Below are positions 25,680 to 38,063 of a stretch of 64,000 nt of DNA, piece after piece. Location: assembly GCF_036321535.1 (NCBI RefSeq), contig NC_087436.1:109184001-109248000 (forward strand), in the 5' to 3' direction. Every line of letters begins with the position of its first letter. The stretch's first letter is position 1. A model generated the notes under the pieces. The model worked only from the letters and a program-made list of their open reading frames with translations, made no database searches and was not told the DNA's origin. Both the position numbers and the translations under genes were made by a program. This DNA is from Camelus dromedarius. Taxonomy: Eukaryota.

Positions 25680-26110
25680 GGTGGTCCCTGAGTACCTGGT
25701 GTATGCTGTTCTGTCTGCGAACATTTTCTCACTTAAGACTCTGAAGGGTAAGTGCCATCACTATCTTTATTTCACACCTGAAAAAATTGAGGCTAAGCAA
25801 CTTAAGGTCCAGATCTGACTGCAAAGTCTGCCTGATTAATTACTCAGTTTTCTGCTGCTTTCCTTTAATGGGTGCCAGGCCCTATGACCTTGGCCAAGTT
25901 ACACAACTTCTGTAGACCTCACCGATATCCTCATTTCTCCATCGATCCACTTATTAATAGCTTCATGAATTCTTTCAATAAATGTTTACTGAGTGTCACT
26001 CAGAGCCACTACTGGACAAGGAGCTGAAAAGACTCACCCACCTGTAAAAAGAAAACTTTAAAATGTCTGTCGTAGGGATCAAGTGAAATGACACACTGAA
26101 GAAGTTTTAT
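25680..26110. mobile_element. MIR fragments of both orientations with an L2 tail
   Basis: aaattgaggctaagcaactt (antisense), tgaccttggccaagttac (sense), ttcaataaatgtttactgagtg (L2 tail). Confidence 0.6.
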
Positions 26111-26855
26111 ATTCTAAAATATCAGTCAGCCACAATGACTTCTGATAAAAACTGTCATCACTGTGCTGTGCACATGGCTCTGTCACACCACCCAGACCAA
26201 GGACTGCTGTTGTCCCCCAAACAGCTCCTGCCCCTGGGCAATGAAGTGATCTGATGCAAAAAAGTCTTCCCAGTGGGCATCCAGCATCTTGGAGAATGAC
26301 TCAGTCAAATCAAATCCTGCCTGAGCAAGCCGGAATGTGGGGTGTCCAAAAACAGATCCTCCGAAAGTAGGAGCAGCAGGAGCAGACAGGCTAGCAGAAT
26401 GGCTGACTCTGAACAGCATCCCGATTTCTGATGATGCCTATTTTTACCCGTGAACATATTTCCTTGCTCTCACGGCCAGAATATATCTAAGGCTTTTAAG
26501 ATCGTTCAGGTACTACAGTCATAGATTCTAACTTGCTTTCAAAACTGGAAAGCATCTACATATGAAATGTGTCACCACCGTTATAATTTCTAACAAGTAC
26601 TGCAGTTTTTGGCCCAAGTTCATTAAATAGCGGAAGATTTAAACTTTTGCTAGGATTTACTGATTTCCTTCCGTGGCTATTTTCCAGGATTATCTTTCAA
26701 CGGTTTTTCTAAAATAATATTAAGCTCTGTTTTGGAGGGTTTGCTTTAATACATTTATCTGCCCACAACTCTGAACCAATTACTGAAAAACATCCTTGGT
26801 GACACTTCCATCAGTACAACTGTTAAGAGCTACCTGAAGATAGAGTCTTGAATGT

Positions 26856-28235
26856 TATTTTTAGACAGCTTTATGGAAGGTAAAATACATGAAAAATAAA
26901 ATCAACTAATTTTAAGTACATTATTCAAAGAATTTTAACAAAGGCTTCCAGTCGTGTAACCACTAAACCTATCGGGATATGGAATTATTCCTTCACCCCA
27001 AAAAGTTCCCTCATGACCATCTGCTGTCAATTCCTCCTCTGGCCTCGGCCACTGGCAACCACAGACATACTTCTGTTTGCTAGAATTTTGCCTCTCCTAG
27101 AATATCATATAAATAAAATTGCAGTGTGCAGTCTTTTATGTCTAGTTTCTCTCACTTAGCATGAGGCTTTTGAGAGTTGTTACAGGTATGAATAGCTCAG
27201 TCCTTTTTATTGCTAAGAATTAGAGTTCCATTGTCTCTGGACACTATTACATTTGTTTAACCACAGTCATAGCTGATAAACAATGAGTTCTTTTTTGTTG
27301 TTTGACTGTTACTTTAAAAACGACTCTGAATTTCTAATTTCTAGTATTATAATGTCTCTTGGAAAAATATCCAAGAGTAGTGAGCAATTTGCATGCTGCA
27401 ACTTTGATAAATTCACTTATTAGTTTGAGGTTTTTTTTTCATGCTGATTCCTCAAGATTTTCTATAAAAGCAATAATGTTAGAGAGTTCTGCTTCTTCCT
27501 TACCAAGCTGTATGAATTTTTTTAGACTTATTAGCTAGGACATTCTGAACAACATCAAATAGAAATGGGGAGAGTGGATATACTTGCTTTGTTCCCAGAC
27601 TCAGAGGAAGAGCATTTTACCATATTGGAGGGTGTTAACTGTAAGGTTTTCCAATGGTGCCCCTTGTCAGTTAGCAAAAGTTCACTTCTATTCCTAGTTT
27701 GCTAAGAGTTTTTATTATAAATGAATGCTACACATTGTCAAGTGTTTTCTCTTTTTAAAAAATCTGTTAATGTGTTAAAATGTAATGACTGATTTCTCAA
27801 AATTTAAAACCACCTTGCGTTCCTGGGATAAATGCCACTTGGTCATGATGTATTGCTCTTTTCATTTATTGCTATAGTAATTAAATTTTTTGAAAAGGAA
27901 TTGTGTACTTATGTTCATCAGGGATACTGGATTGCAGCTTTCTTTGTAATGAAATTGTCTGATTTTGTTATCATATGTGTTTGGAAACACTCTCTCCTCT
28001 TCTATTTTCTGGAAAAGGCTATGTAGATTTGACATTATTTCCTCAATAAAGGTTGGTAGGGTTTGCCAGTGAAGACATCTGGCTTTGGAATTTTTGTTTT
28101 TTGTCCGGTGGAGAGCTTTTTCTTTTTAATAGACTTTAATTTTTAGGACAGTTTTAGGTTCACAGCAAAACTGAACAGAAAGTACAGAGACCTCCCATAT
28201 CTTCCCTGCTTCATACACACACATAGCCTTCAGCG
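26856..28235 (-). mobile_element. Old L1MB/MC fragments, antisense (3'UTR and ORF2 pieces, plus a separate 3' end at ~28120-28235)
   Basis: ccccaaaaagttccctcatg, aatagaaatggggagagtggatatacttgc, ttttaggttcacagcaaaactgaacagaaagtacagag. Confidence 0.85.
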
Positions 28236-29476
28236 TTGCCTAATTCTATAAAACTTGAAAAAAAAACCACTTCAAATCACACACTAACTTCATTGGTCTG
28301 AAACACTGTTTTCCTGTGCTCTCAGTCTATGGTTCACCTCGAGGGCCTTAATGGCCATGGATTGGTTTCTGCTCCCAATTCATTTATTCTCGGATGTAGA
28401 GTGTGGATACCTTGGCCATTGTTTTCAAAGGGGAGAAATGCTGTCTATGAACATTGATGCAATCAAGCCTGCACATATCCTTGTCATCAATGTCCTGGAA
28501 ACCTGATCTACCTTCTTGGACCTGAAACCCTTGGTAGTGAGGAACTCACGACCTCACAAGCAGCTGTTACATTTTAAAGTGTTCCCATTGTCAGAATATT
28601 CTCCTGTGGGTGGACATGTAAGTCCAGAGAGACTGAATAAGGAATTTATCATCAGGCTGCCAGGAGCAATCAGCACCAAAATCCAGGCGATCTGATTCCA
28701 AGGGACGTGCAGGCTCTTTGTTTGCCTTTCACAGCTCCCTTGTCACAACTCTGCCCGAGGGGACTAAGGCTCATGATTAGTTTATAATGATGCTAATACC
28801 TCTTGCTTAATATATAGAGATACAAATATTTCCATCAATTCAGGCAAGTACATACACTTTTACACTGTTAGAGGTTCTCTTCATTCCATTTAAAATTTCT
28901 GAATAGATACATTCACTTTCAGTGGGCTTCTACAAATTTTGCCTGAGAAACTAGAAAATATTCTCAATCTAAGTTAAATTTTGGTAACTTTTTTTTCCAT
29001 TTGGGAATGATTTAGACATTTTAAGAACTAATTTCCTCCAGCAAAGGCTTGACATTTTTACTCAAGGTTTGTTAATATGTTCATTTGTTCCTTCCTATCC
29101 TTTTTTCTCTATTCAGTAATTTCATATGTATTTTTTGAGCAAGTAAGTACATAGGATACTTACTGATCATTCCCCCACCCCTTTGTGGAGCTTATGGCAA
29201 AGTGAAGAACACAAACATACAGAATATATTAAAAAAAAACAACAGGTAAGATCTCTTAAAGTGGCTAAATGAGAAGAAAATTATTTGGAGAGTGTCTCAT
29301 GCATGCTTTTAACTATCATAAGCGTAAGAATTAGAAAAATCTGAGGCATAGGCAAGAGATTTTCAGTGTTAAAAGTCAAACTGAAATTTTGAAAACTGAA
29401 CGATACATCAGAATTCCAAATTTTGAAGTCACACTTCCCACAACAGAATCATCTCATGTTAAAAAAAACTGTGAAA

Positions 29477-29965
29477 TAGTTATTCTCAAAGAGTGTTCCA
29501 GGGACCTTGGAGATCAATGAGACACTTCTTTGTGGGTCTCTTGAGGTCAAAACTATTTTCATAAAAGTACTAAGATGTCTCCGCTTTTTCATTCCCTATC
29601 TCTCATGAGGATAAATGGAATTTCCAGAAGGCTACACATCGTTTGCTATCACAGCAGTCTCAATACAGAAGCAGACAGAAGAATACAGGTGTCTTCTAAT
29701 AAGCCAGGCATTAAAGAGATTTGCAAAAATATAAAACTGATATTCTTCTCACTTTTTTTGTTTTGAAAAATATGTTTTTATAAACATATGTTACTTATGT
29801 TAATATATAATTGGTTAATTATTTAAACATAATTTAAAAAATAAGCATCTTAACATTTTGTTTCAATTTATAAAATGATATGTATATATATTTCACATAA
29901 TCACAAGCTCCTCAATAAGTTCTAAGATTATAGGGATCCTGAGATCTTAAAGCTGGAGGCAGTGA
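29477..29965 (+). mobile_element. Near-complete Charlie1-family (Charlie1b-like) hAT MITE
   Basis: ttctcaaagagtg...gaggtcaaaactattttcata...aagccaggcattaaagagatttgcaaaaat...gggatcctgaga; homologous to the split copy at 22270-24225. Confidence 0.8.
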
Positions 29966-30578
29966 TGTACAATACGAAAAATGATGTATCTGACCTTTTA
30001 ATCCTTGCCACTGTCACACTTCTTCCTCAGAAATCTACAAAGTATAAAATGAAACTCTAAAATGAGACCCTTTTCGGGTTTAGTATGCACATGTTATTGT
30101 AACTGTAACGACCGGGTCATTAAACATATGAAAACATAAATTTGTAAAATTTAAATAAAGAGTGCTATAGGAGCTCAGAAGTCAATATATTCACTTTAAT
30201 GATGAGGAACCCAAGGCCAAGACTGGTTATATGGCTTGTCAAAATTAAACAGCTAGCTAATGCAAAACTAAAGCTAGAACCCAGCTCTACCAATCCTTGC
30301 TCTTCAGCGTTACGACTGATAAAAAAAATACTTTTATTCAAAGTAAACTAATCATTTTATTAAAATATTTTTGTAGTGTAAATATTCTTCCAGGTCTCTA
30401 CTTATATACCAGGAAAAAAAAATCACTAAAAAATTTTAGGCAAAGCTGTACATGTTCATTGCTGTATAATCTGCCTATTTTAGTTACTTATCAGTCTTTT
30501 GGACATTTTCTACCATCATATGCAACGAGAGAGCAGAATTTGAAGAACAAAATTCTTCGAAAGAGCTGATGATGTCAC

Positions 30579-31047
30579 TGTGAATGAAAAATATTGCCTG
30601 CCATACCAGTAAACAAAGGACTCTGGCCATCAAGTCATCAGCCACTGCCCCTGCCCACTATGATGGCAGGAACTCAGGATGGAGACAGGTGCACCCTGAC
30701 AGGACTCAGGATGGGAAACAACAGGACACTGGCCCTGGAGAGATCAGCTGCTGATCAAAGTTACGATTTCCATGAGCCCTGACTTTTGCACCTTCCCATA
30801 CATAAAAAAGTGCTAAATTCCAACTTGAGGGATCTTGTTTTTTTTAATTAATAGTAACCTTTTCATGTTTCAATTACCTGGTCTTTGTTCCAAAAACTCC
30901 TATATATCCTGGCTCCTCCCTCACTTCTTCAGAGCAGTCCCTTCCAGGGATCTGAGAGGCTGCCTCCAGGGCTTGAAGTCTTCAGAAAGTGCCCGGAATA
31001 AACCATAACTCTGAACTTTCAGGTGGTATACACTTTTTCAATCTACA
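30579..31047 (+). mobile_element. Solo ERV LTR (probably ERV1 class)
   Basis: TG...CA termini, 4-bp flanks tcac/ccac, TATATA at 30901 and AATAAA at 30997. Confidence 0.8.
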
Positions 31048-31239
31048 CCACTCTTGCTTCAACAATTACACAGTGCGTGGGTGTGTGTTCTACTATTAAT
31101 CCACCTAAGATCTGAAGGGGGAAAACATGATGAGTGACATAAAAGTGGCAGTTCTCAAGCTAAAAATTTTAGAAATCACATTAATTATGACTAATTGTTT
31201 AACATTCACTTATATACATACATACTGGCCCTGTAACAA

Positions 31240-31385
31240 TTAAACATAAGACAAGATACAATAAACCTCCTAGAAGAAAATATAGGCAAAACATTATCTG
31301 ACATACATCTCAAAAATGTTCTCCTAGGACAGTCTACCCAAGCAATAGAAATAAAAGCAAGAATAAACAAATGGGACCTAATTAA
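31240..31385 (+). mobile_element. Isolated internal L1 ORF2 fragment
   Basis: Open frame LNIRQDTINLLEENIGKTLSDIHLKNVLLGQSTQAIEIKARINKWDLIK; no poly-A, no 3'UTR. Confidence 0.88.
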
Positions 31386-31724
31386 GATTTTCCATGCTTT
31401 TATCACTCCATTTTTCCTAATTAGAATGTCAATGATGTTGTAAGAAAAAAAAAATACAGCGATAGAAAAAAAGGCTAAATCTCAAATTTGACAGCACCAC
31501 ATTGATGTCTGAAATGTTAACAAATTTCAGCTTTGTGGGCTTATTGACAATTGTGGGTTTTAGAATTGGCAGAAAAGTGATCAATACTTTCGTACTGAGT
31601 GAACATAAACTCTGAGTTTATATTGTCACAGCTAAGAAACCATAAAGAATTTCTTTCAAGGTATTAATATATGAAAATTCAGTAACAACTGAAGCTATTT
31701 ACTGCCTGTAAAAGGAACAGGGAA

Positions 31725-31870
31725 ATAAAGGAGGAAGATGCAAAGAACAGGAGGAGGGGGAGATAGGGAAGGAGAAGGAAGGGAAGGGAGGGGAGAGAGG
31801 CGAGAAAAGGAAAGAGAGTAAAGATTGAAAAGAAGAGGGGAGGAGGGGGCAGGAAGGGAGCAGTGGGAGA
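31725..31870. repeat. Polypurine (GA-rich) low-complexity tract
   Basis: Directly visible. Confidence 0.85.
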
Positions 31871-32629
31871 GCAGACCTCAGTTAGCAAAAGACTCCATTT
31901 ATCAGCTGGAGGGTCTGCAGGAAATCATTGGCTCTTAGGTAATAAAACGGACTGAGCTGCTTAAGAAGAGGCTATTTCAGCCCTAACAGAGAAACGGTAA
32001 TCTAGATCAAAAGTCCAAACAGAAAGAGTAGTTAGGGTAAAATTGAAAGCAATAGATTAAAGCACAGTTTTATCCATTTATTCTGTTAGCAGTCTTTTCT
32101 CTTCACACAAATAGGCAGGTCGAAAAAGCAAATGTTGCCGGAAGGCAAGGGAGTGTCTGTGAGGCACCAGCAAAGTATGTGCCACTGGCTCTTCTTACGC
32201 TCGAGGGGCTTAGATGCCAGAGGGGCAGACAGATAGATACACAGGGACTATGAAGGTGGGAATAAAGGCGACCCTAGCCATTTTCCTTTCTCTAAGTGGT
32301 TAGCTGAAATTGCTGATCTCTAAGTTCCATCACAGCTCAGAAACAGATAACTATGAATTTTCAGTAAAAGGCAACCAAAGTAAAAATTTATCTTCAGTTT
32401 AAGAAGTGAAAAAATTAACTAGCACATAATGAAAAAATAGACTTTGGCTTTTTCCACAGAAGTATCAAACATACGCCAGGACAGACCTTTGCAGCGCTGG
32501 GCGATGACTGTTACCTTCCAAAGGGAAAGCTGCTTCCCCTCAAATGTTCTCCTTCTTCTCACCTACCTTGGCCAAATATTTATCTTTTATGCAATAATAA
32601 TAAAAAAAAGGCAGTTTTTTACTGGGCAC

Positions 32630-33029
32630 TGTGATGGGTTGAACTGTAACCCCCTCCAGTCTAACCGTCAGCACCTTGGAATGGGACCGTGTTTGGAAAC
32701 AGGGCTGTCCCAGATGTCGATAGTTAACATGGGGTCATTACATTGGGCCCTAATCCGATATGACTAGCGTCCTTGGAAAACGGGAGAATCTGGACGTGGA
32801 GACATGCGCAGAGGGAAGACGATACCGAGAGACCTCAGGTGGAAGACTGGTCACCTGGAAGCCAAGGAGGGAGGCCAGGAACAGACCCTTCCCTCACGGT
32901 CTCCAGAGAGAACCAACCCTGCAGACATCTCAATTGTGGGCTCTAGTCTCCAACTGTGAGGCGGTAAACTTCTGTTGTTTAACCCCCCCAGTTTGTGGTG
33001 CTGTTACTCAGCCCTAGCAAACCAACATA
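32630..33029 (+). mobile_element. MaLR solo LTR (MLT1A/B-like) inserted in a MIR
   Basis: tgtgatgggttgaactgt...gggccctaatccgatatgact...aagccaaggagggaggccaggaacaga...gccctagcaaac; antisense MIR continues at ~33030-33270. Confidence 0.88.
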
Positions 33030-33439
33030 AACCGCTCTCAAAGTGCCGGCTGCCCACTCCTCCAGGCACCCCGCATGTATCACCACCGGTGATCCTCACC
33101 CTGCCTTCATGCAGCTGTGCCTCTAAAACCCTCTTCCACACACATGGAGAAGCTGAGACTCACAGATGTGGTGCTAATGACTCACATTCCGTAAGTGTCA
33201 GAGCCAAGATCCAAACTGAGACAGCTTACCTCAGAGTGCATGAGTTTAACCCCCATACACACTGCCTCTCACAGAGGAGAACGATTCTTAGGACACAAAC
33301 ATTGCCGGATTTTGCACACTTTCTTCTAGACCCTGCTCCCTGTTTCCCCTGCCTAAACCCTCTTGCCCCATATGGTTCCAGCCAAATACTCCTTATCCCA
33401 TAACCTTTCCCAGAATGGGCTGCGGCCGCTTCTATGTGT

Positions 33440-33625
33440 TACCCTAGAGAAGCACTTACTATATGGGATTATAATTGCTATTCAATTGCTTGTTTCTCCT
33501 AGGAGATTTTGAGCCCCTGGAGGAACTGAATGGGGTCACACTTGGTCATTTTCGTATCTGTGGCTCCTAGAAGCGAGCCTCGCACATCAAAAGAATTCAA
33601 TACATATTTATCAAGTGAGCAAATT
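33440..33625 (+). mobile_element. L2 3' end
   Basis: ttttgagcccctggagg...gcacatcaaaagaattcaatacatattta. Confidence 0.6.
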
Positions 33626-34924
33626 ACTGGTAAAGGAAGCCCTAAGGAATCCTGTAGGAGCTAACTTTACTAAATTCACACACACATTCCCATGTGTATT
33701 ACATACACACACATAGTAGCTATATTAAAGGATGGGCAAGATTTTAGAATAAATGACCCCCAGACTTTAATACCAGTTATCATTAAACTTATATTTGAAA
33801 AGAGAAACACTTGACTTTCTTTAAAACTTTCCTTCAGAGAAATGGAACAGACTATTTATGGAACATTGCATACATTAATGAGCTAGGCATTTCAAACACT
33901 GGGGTTCACGTTACACACACTGTAAACTGAAATCCAGGAGAGCTGATCCAATAGAAGTCAACAACAGAGTTTAACTCGATGGCCAAAAGTGGTTTTCTTG
34001 AGCGTGATAATAGAGGCAGAATAAGTTGATGTTTTTCTTCCAGCAAGGAACATTTGGTTCTATCTCTCAGAAAGCTGCCAAACTAATGTTGATGATAAAT
34101 TCCCTAGCAACTCTAAAACGCCATGGGGAGGGAGGTCAAAGACAGATGTGTTCGTTGAAAGAAGTGACTTGAGAATAAAAACGCTGCTTCACATATAAAT
34201 ATAATGACATTCAGCATCCGACACCTATTATTTACAAGGAACTGAGAAGGCAATGGGAAAATAACACTTGTGTATGCAAACCCACCCCCACCCCCAAGAA
34301 ATCCATATCTGGTGGTTTCTTTAAAGGCACCTTGTCCTTCCCATGAGGTTTATAAAATAAGATATTTATCCCATTGTAGGAGCTTTTAAAACAAAATGGT
34401 GTATCATAATAAAAGATATCATCTCAGAGATCTTTTCAAACTCTAGCGATAAATACTACTCAACAGTGATACGGTCGCCTTCAATATTGGTGTTACAATG
34501 CTTGAAGCTGTGAAAGGCCTTAAATGTCTCCTTGTCTATGCTTTGCTTTATCCTATCCAGTATTCATAGAAGTAATGCACAAAATGGAGAGAGTATATAT
34601 ACCAACAGGGATCATAAAAATGGAAAATAAGGATTTTCCCCAATGTAAAAGTCACAATTGCAGGATCCATGCTTTAGGACAGAGTAAAATATAAAAATCA
34701 GCAGAAGACCATTTACATTTACAAATAGAACAACATTAACTTTGGAAGTTAGAGAATTCATATATAAACGTAAATGTATCTTTATATTTCCTAGGTAATA
34801 AAAATAATTTCTTTAAAAGTCTAAAGAATGGTTATACTAAACTGCGTTTCATCTTTTTCTTTGGGTTCTTTTTCCGCTTGAATTTTTATAAAATGTGATG
34901 AGGCCTAAAAAGAATGTCTAGTAA

Positions 34925-35167
34925 TCATTATAAAAATCACAAGCTCTGAAAGCAGATAAACTTGGATCTGAGGCCAAGTTCTGTCCTTTATGCACCATTT
35001 GACATCAAGCAAATTCTTCTCAAAATGTATTTCCCCCATGTGGAGAATGGGAATAAATATCACCCCATCCTCAGGACTGGTTTGAAGACTAAATGAAGTT
35101 AGGCTTCAAAAGTATCTGGCTCAGTGGGTGGTGCATATAAACAGTTCCCCATAAATGTTAGCTATTC
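34925..35167 (+). mobile_element. MIR SINE
   Basis: Sense MIR ending ccccataaatgttagctatt. Confidence 0.75.
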
Positions 35168-35844
35168 TGATTCTAAAAGCGGCTTGAGCATAAGACAGCC
35201 AGAACCCTTTAGCCCACTCAGAGAAGCAGAGGGATGAGAACAGTGATGGAGAACGGGAGTTTCTCTTTTTGCTAAAAATGCAGGACGCAGAATGGTTATT
35301 AACAAAATGCAAGAAGTGGTTAGGCATGTTTTATCGAGTTCTTAATCACAATAAAAATAAGTAAATATGCAGTCACCAGGTAAGTTAAGAAACTCTTACA
35401 AGAACACAATATTTTTGGCGGAATCCATATATATGGAAAATACCCCCAAACAAAATCCATTGCCCATTTAGTGGATGAAAAATAATGTGTTACACATCTC
35501 TTTTTGGCCAGGCACAATGTTGGGTACCAAGGATAATCTGAAGGGATTTTTCAATCTCAAGTGAGTGTCAGGACAATAGACAATGATGCACTGTCTGAGA
35601 GGGTTCCAAATGCAGGATGCACAAACTGCTACGGGAGGTGGGCACAGAGAACCTGACGGGGTGGGAGCATCTTTTGGAATCACTCTGGCAGCTCTTGAAG
35701 AAAAGATGAGTGAGGACAGCCGAGTTGCCCCGGTGACACCTCCTTGTGGATTAAAGAACGGTGTTCCTTTCCCAATACAGTCAAAGAAATGTCTATGCTG
35801 TTGAAAAAAAGTTCTTTGTTCTTTTTTCATAATAAAGATGCAAA

Positions 35845-36005
35845 TGTGTGAATGTGAATGAGTGTGAGTGGGTGTGTGTGGCAGGTGATCTCTGAGTTTT
35901 AGTGTGTACATGTGTGTTTAAATGTCTCTGTCAGTGTGTGTGGTTTGTGCACATGGCAATGTGCAGGTGTGGATGTGGTTAGTGTGCACATATATGAATG
36001 TGAGG
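35845..36005. repeat. Degenerate (TG)n tract
   Basis: Directly visible. Confidence 0.75.
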
Positions 36006-36399
36006 TCTCCCTGACATCTCAGGGGTGTCCCTTAGCTGGGGGTCTTGTGTGTTCTAGCGCCTGCATCCCCATACGTGTCAGCTCTAAGAGGTGAGCCAGC
36101 GAGAGGTAGGAAGAACAAACAAGAAGCCATGTCATCCCCCAAATAACTGAAGATGGTCTTTGCTAGCAGGGGTGATGTGTTGAAAAGAAAGCAATATTAT
36201 TTGAAAGGTATTTATGAAAGTGCTGCCTAGTGACTTGGTTGTTAAGAAGATGTTGAGGAGGTGGTGAGCTTAGGATAATAAATACAATTTATCAGGCATG
36301 TTTCCTCCAAATCTCATGGGAGTTGGGACTTACTCCATGTTACAGGAAAGTGTAGAAAGACTGGTTTTCCCAGATCACAACACAAATAAATGATGAAAT

Positions 36400-36620
36400 T
36401 GGTTTGAATCTAGATCAGTCTAACTTCAAAACAGATGCTTGGAGTGACTGTTGCATAGCTGTTCGCTAATGTTGGGAAATCAGGAAAGGGAGGGTGGTTT
36501 GAGGGGAAAGAAAAGGAATTACCTTTCACCCCTGCCAAGTTTGAGATGCCCACGGCAGGTCTAAGTGAAACTGTCCCGGCAAGCTGAAGATTCTGTCTTG
36601 GAACCACCATCACAGAGGCT
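36400..36620 (-). mobile_element. L2 fragment
   Basis: aagtttgagatgccc...aagtgaaactgtcccggcaagctg. Confidence 0.6.
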
Positions 36621-37620
36621 AGAGTTCAAACTTCTGATTCAGCCAGTCCTGTTGCTGGCCCCTGGCACGAACCCCACCAGCTAGACAAAGGTGTCTCATG
36701 AGCACACAGAAGAGCAGCATTCAGTAAAACTCTCCCCACCTAAGACGCCTATTCTTCTTGTGTATGTCCCTATTTTACCAGAGGCACTGAGTGCCTCAGG
36801 AAGGATGAAAATTATTAGACCAGAAACGCAAGCAGAAAAAGGAATCTGTTTCAATTTTCAAAACAGAACTTTCTCTGTAGAAAGAGAGAGGACATTCTGC
36901 ATTTTGAAAGCTCCCTGTCACATACCAAGAAGGAAACCTGGTTAACACTGATCATCCAGTTCTAGTTGCAGATATGAAGTGAGGCTTTGGTTCGCAAACT
37001 TCAGGAGATACCACGATCCCCTGGAGGGGGCCCGCTGAAACACAGCTTGCCATGCCCCTCCCCTACATGTTCTGATGCAGTGGCCTGGGGTGGGGCCAGA
37101 GAATTTTCACTCCTAGCAGTGTCTCCTTTGATGTGGTATTGCAGACATAGAGAACTCTGAGAATCATTCCTGTAAGGAAAGGCCTCTTCCTCCCAGCCCC
37201 TGTCAATACAAAGTAGAAAACCTTTCATGGAAAGAAGAATAGAGATTTGGAAGAGACAGAAGTATGCTGAAATGATACAAGGGTCTGTAAGAACATATGA
37301 AAGTTCTTCCATCAAGAGGGTGGAATCTTAAAATACAGCCACTTCCAAATCTCCAGGTCCGATGAGCGACAGGGGCAGGCTGAGACTGGCTGGTGCTTCG
37401 CTCCCTTTTCACATTCGAGGTGATACAAAGGCAGTGAAGCAGGAGAGGGACAGGGAGGTCTCTACGCAGACGCACCTGACCTAGCTCCCCAGCCCGGGTT
37501 TGCTGCGCATGAAACCCAGTCACCCCGTGTGCTTGGAAAAGATGAACCACCAAGGAAAAGGGCAGGCAAAGAGTGGTCTACCCAAAGAGTCTGGAGATCA
37601 GAGGTTGGCAAACACTTTTT

Positions 37621-38029
37621 TTTTAATTGAGGTAACACTGGTTTATAATATTATATGTTTCATGTGTACAGCATTATATTTCGACTTCTATATACACTAC
37701 AATGCGCTCACCACCAAAGGTTTAGTTTCCATCCGTCACCATACAGTGGTCACCCTTGACCAACATCGCCCTCCTCCCACTCCCTTTCCCCTTTGGTAAC
37801 CACTAATTTGTTCTCCGTATCTATGAGTTTGCTTTTGTTTTGTACTGTTTGTTTGTTTGACTTTAGATTACACACACGAGTAAAAACACACGGTATTTGT
37901 CTTTCTCATCTGAGTCATTTCACACAGCGTAACACCCACACGATCCATTCCTGTTGCCACAAATGGCAGGGTTTCATCTTCTTTATGCCTGAGTTCCGTG
38001 TGTGTGTGTGTGCGCGTGTGCGTGTGTAT

Positions 38030-38063
<34 letters not shown>

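Noticed and set aside
26183..26419. 78-aa minus-strand ORF (…AGFDLTESFSKMLDAHWEDFF…)
   Set aside because: No convincing splice boundaries or family resemblance; it could not be phased into the exon chain.
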